Source: a virus (taxonomy: Duplodnaviria; Caudoviricetes). From it: 53,104 nucleotides of DNA. The stretch is from the IMG/VR virus record IMGVR_UViG_3300027753_000020, positions 1 to 53,104 of that record. One strand, written 5' to 3'. The position numbers and the translations under genes were made by a program. The notes under the pieces were generated by a model. It saw only the letters and a program-made list of their open reading frames with translations, had not been told where the DNA came from and ran no database searches. Positions 47,858-53,104 of the stretch are shown here, piece after piece (position 1 is the first letter of the stretch; every line of letters starts with the position of its first letter).

Positions 47858-47868
47858 TCAGTTATACT
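47840..47868 (+). promoter_or_regulatory. Sigma70-type early promoter
   Basis: AAAACAC-TTGACA-17 nt-TATACT. Confidence 0.75.
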
Positions 47869-47899
47869 AGTTAGTATATTACAGCAGGAGAACCTACGT

Positions 47900-49150
47900 T
47901 TGCAACATACAATTGAAGATTGTTTGGAAATTGTAGCAGGCTTACAAGCCGATAACAATTTTAAACTTGATAGATTAGATGGATCAATAACCCTTAGTAT
48001 TGCTAAACAAGTATTCAGAGGCATCTCTCTTAGTGACAAACAATACGAACTAATGAAACTAAAACTAGTAAAGTATAGTGATCAATTTCAAGAGCTTAAT
48101 ATAGATATTCATGATGCTGTAACACGCACCAAGATGCCTTTACGTTCTATTGACAGAACTAAGTTTATTAAAATAGTTGATATAGAAGAAGTACTAGAAG
48201 GACAAACTGTAACTACATTTGGTAGAAGAAAAACAGAACTATCTAATTTGCCTTGGATTGCTATACGTTTTCCTTTCTCTAAGAAATTAATTTGTAAATT
48301 AGATCAACTTGAGAAATCAGCTACTACGTATGTACATAAAAAAGGAACACATACACATTATTATGCACTTACAGAACAAGTTGCATACGAATGTGTAAAC
48401 CAATTTAGTGTTAATAATTTTGAAATTGATCCTGAAATAATTGAGTTACATAAAGAAATAAGCACTTGGAACAAAGAAGATTATGTTCCAGGAATTTATA
48501 ATAACAAAATTAAAAACTTACCACAACATGTAATTGACGGAATGGTAAAAGAACTTGGCGAGCCGTGCATAGAAAATATGCACTTGTATCATGATAAGAA
48601 GTTTATGTACGGACTTGAAGAAGTCAGCGGCGGAGCCTTTCATTGTAGTCCATTATCGAAAACTATTGCAGAACGAACTCAAAATTACATGCACATATCT
48701 TCAAAGGAACAACAGTTACAAGAAGTATTTAAATCAATAGCCGAGTTAAATCGTTACCCAATTAATATTTTAGTTGACCACGAATCAGCATTTGATATAC
48801 TAACACAAACACATCAAATTGTACGTAATTATATTCCTGAAGATCAAATAAGTGTATTGTACAGAATGGATAATCATACTGACACTGAAGGATATAACAA
48901 GTACATTAAAATATATAAACTTAATACTCCGGTTGACAAACACACAAAAATAGTGTATACTCTAAAGAGTAAGTTAAATAAACCCTTATTAAAAAGCGAC
49001 TGTAATCCTATTACATGTCTCTCTTTTTCTAGTAATAGATATCCTTATAGTGCATCAACTGCTCTTGAGAATATGGATTTATTAATTGAATACTGCGAAG
49101 ATGCACCTCTTTTTAGAGACTGGAGAACAAAATTTAATGGCCTCATGTAG
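47900..49150 (+). CDS. Conserved hypothetical protein upstream of uvsW
   Basis: 416 aa, TTG start with CAGGAG SD and its own promoter. Confidence 0.6.
   Translation: MQHTIEDCLEIVAGLQADNNFKLDRLDGSITLSIAKQVFRGISLSDKQYELMKLKLVKYSDQFQELNIDIHDAVTRTKMPLRSIDRTKFIKIVDIEEVLEGQTVTTFGRRKTELSNLPWIAIRFPFSKKLICKLDQLEKSATTYVHKKGTHTHYYALTEQVAYECVNQFSVNNFEIDPEIIELHKEISTWNKEDYVPGIYNNKIKNLPQHVIDGMVKELGEPCIENMHLYHDKKFMYGLEEVSGGAFHCSPLSKTIAERTQNYMHISSKEQQLQEVFKSIAELNRYPINILVDHESAFDILTQTHQIVRNYIPEDQISVLYRMDNHTDTEGYNKYIKIYKLNTPVDKHTKIVYTLKSKLNKPLLKSDCNPITCLSFSSNRYPYSASTALENMDLLIEYCEDAPLFRDWRTKFNGLM
48933..48961 (+). promoter_or_regulatory. Internal sigma70-type promoter upstream of uvsW
   Basis: TTGACA-17 nt-TATACT inside the upstream CDS. 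Confidence 0.6.
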
Positions 49151-50600
49151 ACTAATAATTGAAGACGAAGTAAACATTAAACTAGAAGGACTAGAGGTTG
49201 ATGTACGGAGAAAGCTCGCGAATGCTCTTAAGTTTGAGGTGCCATATGCAAAGTATATGCCCCAATATAAACTTGGTCGATGGGACGGCAAAGTTGCTTT
49301 CTTTGGCATTGGCGGCACTGGTTACGTTAATCATCTTGATGTTGTTAGCGAAGTACTACAAAAAAACAATGTCGAAATAGTTGATATTGAAGACAGACGC
49401 AATCCTGTAAAATTAGACTTTCCACAAATTACAGAACGTTACTGGGCAGACCAAGGTGTATGTTGGCCCAAAGGACATCCGGTGGAAGGCGAAGAAATTA
49501 TTCTACGTGACTATCAAGTAGAAGCAATTAATAACTTTTTAAAACACCCACAAAGTTTACAACAGATTGCGACAGGCGCAGGTAAAACAATTACTACAGC
49601 AACCCTGTCGCACATAAGTGAGCCATACGGACGTAGTCTTATTATTGTTCCTAACAAATCGTTAGTGACGCAAACAGAGGAAGACTATATTAACTGTGGC
49701 TTAGACGCTGGGGTGTACTTCGGCGACAGGAAAGAGTTAGGTAAGACTCACACTATATGCACTTGGCAGAGTTTGAATATTCTAGACAAGAAGCATAAGG
49801 ACGGAACAGCGGTGTTATCACTTGCAGAGTTCTTAGAAGGTGTAAGCACTATTATTGTCGACGAAGTACACCAAGCAAAAGCAGAAGTACTTAAAAATTT
49901 ACTTACACGTAATTTAAAAAATGCTCCAATACGTTGGGGCCTAACAGGCACAATACCTAAAGAAAAGTTTGAGTTTGAAAGCATACATGCAAGTCTAGGA
50001 CCTGTAATTGGAAATATTACAGCAAAAGAATTACAAGACAAAGGTGTATTATCTTCATGTCATGTTAACGTTTGTCAATTAATTGATACTGTTGCACATA
50101 GAGATTATCAAAGCGAACTTAAATATCTAACGTCAAACGAAGCAAGACTACAGTATGTTGCTAAGATGATGAATAAGATTTCGGAAACAGGCAACACACT
50201 AATACTAGTAGATAGAATTAGCGCAGGCAAATTATTAGAAGAACTAATACCTAACAGCACGTTTGTAAGCGGCGCTGTAAAAGTTAAAGACAGGAAAGAA
50301 ACTTACGATACAATTAAGGAAGGCAATAATGAAGTTATTATTGCAACTTATGGTGTAGCGGCTGTCGGACTTAACATTCCTAGAATCTTTAATCTTGTCC
50401 TTATTGAACCTGGCAAGAGTTTTGTTAGGGTAATACAGAGTATAGGCAGAGGCGTAAGAAAGGCAAAGGACAAGGACTTTGTACAAATTTGGGATATCAC
50501 TTCAACGTGCAAATTTGCAAAGAGACATTTAACACAACGCAAAAAATTCTATAAGGAAGCACAATATCCGTTCACTATAGAAAAAATTGATTGGAATTAA
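49137..50600 (+). CDS. uvsW: SF2 DNA helicase UvsW
   Basis: Start MASCR at 49137. WDGK, LRDYQ, ATGAGKT, DEVH, GLTGT, IQSIGRG.R. Confidence 0.92.
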   Translation: MASCRLIIEDEVNIKLEGLEVDVRRKLANALKFEVPYAKYMPQYKLGRWDGKVAFFGIGGTGYVNHLDVVSEVLQKNNVEIVDIEDRRNPVKLDFPQITERYWADQGVCWPKGHPVEGEEIILRDYQVEAINNFLKHPQSLQQIATGAGKTITTATLSHISEPYGRSLIIVPNKSLVTQTEEDYINCGLDAGVYFGDRKELGKTHTICTWQSLNILDKKHKDGTAVLSLAEFLEGVSTIIVDEVHQAKAEVLKNLLTRNLKNAPIRWGLTGTIPKEKFEFESIHASLGPVIGNITAKELQDKGVLSSCHVNVCQLIDTVAHRDYQSELKYLTSNEARLQYVAKMMNKISETGNTLILVDRISAGKLLEELIPNSTFVSGAVKVKDRKETYDTIKEGNNEVIIATYGVAAVGLNIPRIFNLVLIEPGKSFVRVIQSIGRGVRKAKDKDFVQIWDITSTCKFAKRHLTQRKKFYKEAQYPFTIEKIDWN

Positions 50601-50603
50601 TAT

Positions 50604-51110
50604 ATGAGAATACTTACACTTGAAAACAAATGTTTTCATCTTGATAAACTACCAGAAGAAATAGACGAAGACATACGTTTTAGTGTGCTTGATAATTCAG
50701 ATCCAAAGGAACCAGACTTCTTTTTTATTCCTTTGATCTTTTTAGAATCATTTAGCGCACCCGCTATGGTCCTTAATATAAATGGACACGAAATTACAAT
50801 GCCAGTAGATTGGCATATTGCTGTGGGCGACTCCGAAGCCGGCATGGACTTAGAAGTCCTGCCATTAACTAGTTTAAATGACAGAGGCTTTGAAGCATGG
50901 ATATTTAATCCGTTAACAGGGTTTAAATCAGACTACGGAAAGATAGAAATTGTTAATTTTTATAATGATGTAAAATGGTATTTTCCTAAAATGAAAAACG
51001 GACAACTATTAAGTATGCCGCTTACAGACGGCGACCAGCCAGAATGTGTATTTGTCGCTAAAGACATTACACGCCAAAGTGAAGTAATAGAATACGCATC
51101 ACTTATATAA
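50604..51110 (+). CDS. Conserved hypothetical protein (possible degenerate Hint-like beta fold)
   Basis: 168 aa beta-rich ORF directly after uvsW. Confidence 0.55.
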   Translation: MRILTLENKCFHLDKLPEEIDEDIRFSVLDNSDPKEPDFFFIPLIFLESFSAPAMVLNINGHEITMPVDWHIAVGDSEAGMDLEVLPLTSLNDRGFEAWIFNPLTGFKSDYGKIEIVNFYNDVKWYFPKMKNGQLLSMPLTDGDQPECVFVAKDITRQSEVIEYASLI

Positions 51111-51121
51111 AGGAGAGTACA

Positions 51122-51478
51122 ATGGGAATTAAAGCAGGAAAAGTTTGGGGCAATACAGAATTAGTACATGCTAACGGTGTACTAGAATTTCACCGTATTG
51201 AATTTAACAAAGGATTTAAATGCTCTGAACACGAACATGAATTTAAATGGAATGGCTTTTTTGTAGAGTCAGGAAAAATGATTGTACGTGTTTGGCAAGA
51301 TGATCAAGATGGTCTAGTTGATGAAACTATTTTAGAAGCTGGCGACTTTACACAAGTAAAGCCTGGCAAGATACATCAGTTTGAAGGACTAGAAGATGGT
51401 GTAGCGTTTGAGCTTTATTGGGCTGAATTTAATCACAACGATATTGTTAGACGTACTGTAGGATCGTCAGTGAAATAG
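51122..51478 (+). CDS. Cupin-domain protein
   Basis: KVWG, CSEHEH..K.N.F.V.SG, GDFTQVKPG..HQF. Confidence 0.8.
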   Translation: MGIKAGKVWGNTELVHANGVLEFHRIEFNKGFKCSEHEHEFKWNGFFVESGKMIVRVWQDDQDGLVDETILEAGDFTQVKPGKIHQFEGLEDGVAFELYWAEFNHNDIVRRTVGSSVK

Positions 51479-51479
51479 A

Positions 51480-52007
51480 ATGTATTCATTGAAGTATATA
51501 GAAGAACTTCGTGTTATACATGCTGATAGAAGTCGAACAAAAGGCTTTGGTGGTAAAACTAAGAACCTTGGTAAGTTCCATAAGTATGTCGAACAATGGC
51601 AACCTTTAACGCTACTAGATTACGGTTGCGGCAAAGGTGGTATTCTATCTGACTTAGAGTCAAGGTATCGACACATCAACTGCACAGGATACGACCCTGC
51701 TGTAATGATGTTTGCTAACGAACCCCAGCAAGTTGAATGTGTCTTTAGTAATGATGTGCTAGAACACATTGAGCCAGAGTATCTAAACCAAGTACTTACA
51801 CATATAGATACGTTAAGTACAAAGTACATATGGTTACGCATAGACACTAAACCTGCACGTAAAAGATTAAGTGATGGAAGAAATGCACACTTAATACTAG
51901 AAGATCAGGCATGGTGGACAAACCAAATCAGTACACACATAAAGGGTATTATAGTTTACAATAATTTAAATAATAAAGGAAAACTAGATGTTGCAATCGA
52001 AAGATAA
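51480..52007 (+). CDS. Class I SAM methyltransferase
   Basis: LLDYGCGKG, GYDPA, DVLEHI, DGRNAHL. Confidence 0.85.
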   Translation: MYSLKYIEELRVIHADRSRTKGFGGKTKNLGKFHKYVEQWQPLTLLDYGCGKGGILSDLESRYRHINCTGYDPAVMMFANEPQQVECVFSNDVLEHIEPEYLNQVLTHIDTLSTKYIWLRIDTKPARKRLSDGRNAHLILEDQAWWTNQISTHIKGIIVYNNLNNKGKLDVAIER

Positions 52008-52008
52008 A

Positions 52009-52263
52009 ATGATTCCAGGCGAAGCACTAATATACGAAAGAGCGGACGGAGTTGTATATGCAAGATATAGAGATGCTCCACATAATAAAATGCCTCGCTG
52101 GATTATAGGTGGCGACCCGGCAGGCGTTGCTAGAGCACAAGGTGATCTATTAAGTTATGCCGAATGGCAAGAACTGTGTGAGCTGTCGTTGAACTATCCA
52201 ACTTTAAAGAAGTTATTGGACCAAGTAGTAACAACATACTATACTGTTAAGGATGCACAATGA
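52009..52263 (+). CDS. Small conserved hypothetical protein
   Basis: PGEALIYERADGVVYAR; the start is uncertain (51988 or 52009). Confidence 0.5.
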   Translation: MIPGEALIYERADGVVYARYRDAPHNKMPRWIIGGDPAGVARAQGDLLSYAEWQELCELSLNYPTLKKLLDQVVTTYYTVKDAQ

Positions 52264-52853
52264 TATATCACGAAGCATGTGTAAGTAAGATGACACTGAT
52301 ACAATTAGAACGTAGTAGTAAACTGTTATCAGACTTAGTATCAGATAGATTTGATGAGTTTTATAAAACCTTTCCTAAGGGCTATATGAATTTTGCAGAA
52401 GGTAGTCGTAGTACAGAGTTGTATGAAGCATACAATGTGTTCCTAAGTCATTACGCAGGTTTCTCTGATTTATATCGATCTATTGTGCCTACAATTAAAT
52501 CAAAGATACCAAACTGGCAACAATACGCAATAGCAGGTTGGGTGAATGTTTATAACAAAGGCGGCTACTTAAACTGGCATAAACACGGTCCTGAGAATCA
52601 AGTACATGACGGAAGGTGGCATGGGTATGTTTGCGTAAATGCAGAACCTAGTCAAACAATGTATAGAGATAAAGATGAAGTTATTAAAACAATTGATAAC
52701 CAAGATGGTTATATAACACTCAGTCCGGCAGGACTATATCATCGTGTTAGCGAGTGGGAAAAGGATACGCCTCGTGTAACCATAGCGTTTGATATTATTA
52801 AACGTGAGCAAATAGATCCTTTATTATTAAACAGATGGATACCAATAATATGA
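52260..52853 (+). CDS. 2OG-Fe(II) oxygenase-like protein
   Basis: GWVNV...LNWHKH...HGYV...HRV...RVTIAFD. Confidence 0.7.
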   Translation: MIYHEACVSKMTLIQLERSSKLLSDLVSDRFDEFYKTFPKGYMNFAEGSRSTELYEAYNVFLSHYAGFSDLYRSIVPTIKSKIPNWQQYAIAGWVNVYNKGGYLNWHKHGPENQVHDGRWHGYVCVNAEPSQTMYRDKDEVIKTIDNQDGYITLSPAGLYHRVSEWEKDTPRVTIAFDIIKREQIDPLLLNRWIPII

Positions 52854-53104
52854 GAATAATTGCAGGTCCGTGTCAGCACGAATCATTACCACAAAGTTTA
52901 GAGATTGCACGAGAGTGTAAACGTGTATGTGACAAGCATGGTATTGAATACATATTCAAAGCAAGTTACGACAAAGCTAATCGATCAAGCGAAAGTGGTA
53001 TTCGTGGCCTAGGATTAGAAACAACGCTACTAGACTTCCTTGCACTTAAAGTAGAATTAGGTGTAAAGACATTAACTGATGTGCATGACTATGTGCAAGT
53101 TAAT
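52850..53104 (+). CDS. kdsA: KDO8P synthase (3-deoxy-D-manno-octulosonate 8-phosphate synthase), 3'-truncated; absent from the ORF track
   Basis: Hand translation from ATG 52850: MRIIAGPCQHESL...YIFKASYDKANRSSESGIRGLGLE...TLTDVHD. KANRS is the KDO8PS signature (DAHP synthases have KPRT/S). Confidence 0.9.
   Translation, partial: MRIIAGPCQHESLPQSLEIARECKRVCDKHGIEYIFKASYDKANRSSESGIRGLGLETTLLDFLALKVELGVKTLTDVHDYVQVN

Noticed and set aside
30518-50600. Introns or inteins in terminase, UvsX and UvsW
   Set aside because: All three have normal lengths and contiguous motifs, with no splice-junction residues or frame breaks.
1-53104. Stop-codon reassignment
   Set aside because: Core genes are full length in code 11, and TGA and TAG both act as real stops (e.g. 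terminase TGA, cupin 51478 TAG).

Overview
AT-rich, gene-dense segment of a large T4-superfamily (myovirus) phage genome in the standard genetic code, probably from an aquatic environment (inference). Order: (1) 1-4.7 kb, virion-associated proteins (LamG-like fragment, two paralogous proteins, one with a glycine-rich insert); (2) 4.8-10.7 kb, a tailoring-enzyme cluster (U32-family Fe-S protein fused to a SAM methyltransferase, flavin-dependent halogenase, 2OG-Fe(II) oxygenase, two paralogous CPG/GTP-motif proteins); (3) 10.7-16.7 kb, fibre and appendage proteins (two with cupredoxin-like motifs, an FG-GAP propeller, an S8 protease); (4) 16.7-34 kb, rearranged morphogenesis core (gp15, gp14, gp13, dNMP kinase, HNH, gp18, gp19, gp4, terminase); (5) gp32-uvsX-uvsY, then a ~11 kb glycan biosynthesis and modification island, uvsW, more modifying enzymes, and a kdsA gene cut off by the window end. 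The two best candidates for undescribed systems are a phage-encoded Kdo-glycan pathway (KdsA plus four KpsS/KpsC-like transferases, kinase, HAD, cytidylyltransferase, methyl and pyruvyl transferases) and the U32/methyltransferase/halogenase/oxygenase cluster. A TAAATA late-promoter motif lies 4-5 nt upstream of several start codons, suggesting leaderless late mRNAs. All calls come from motif recognition by eye; no database searches were run.
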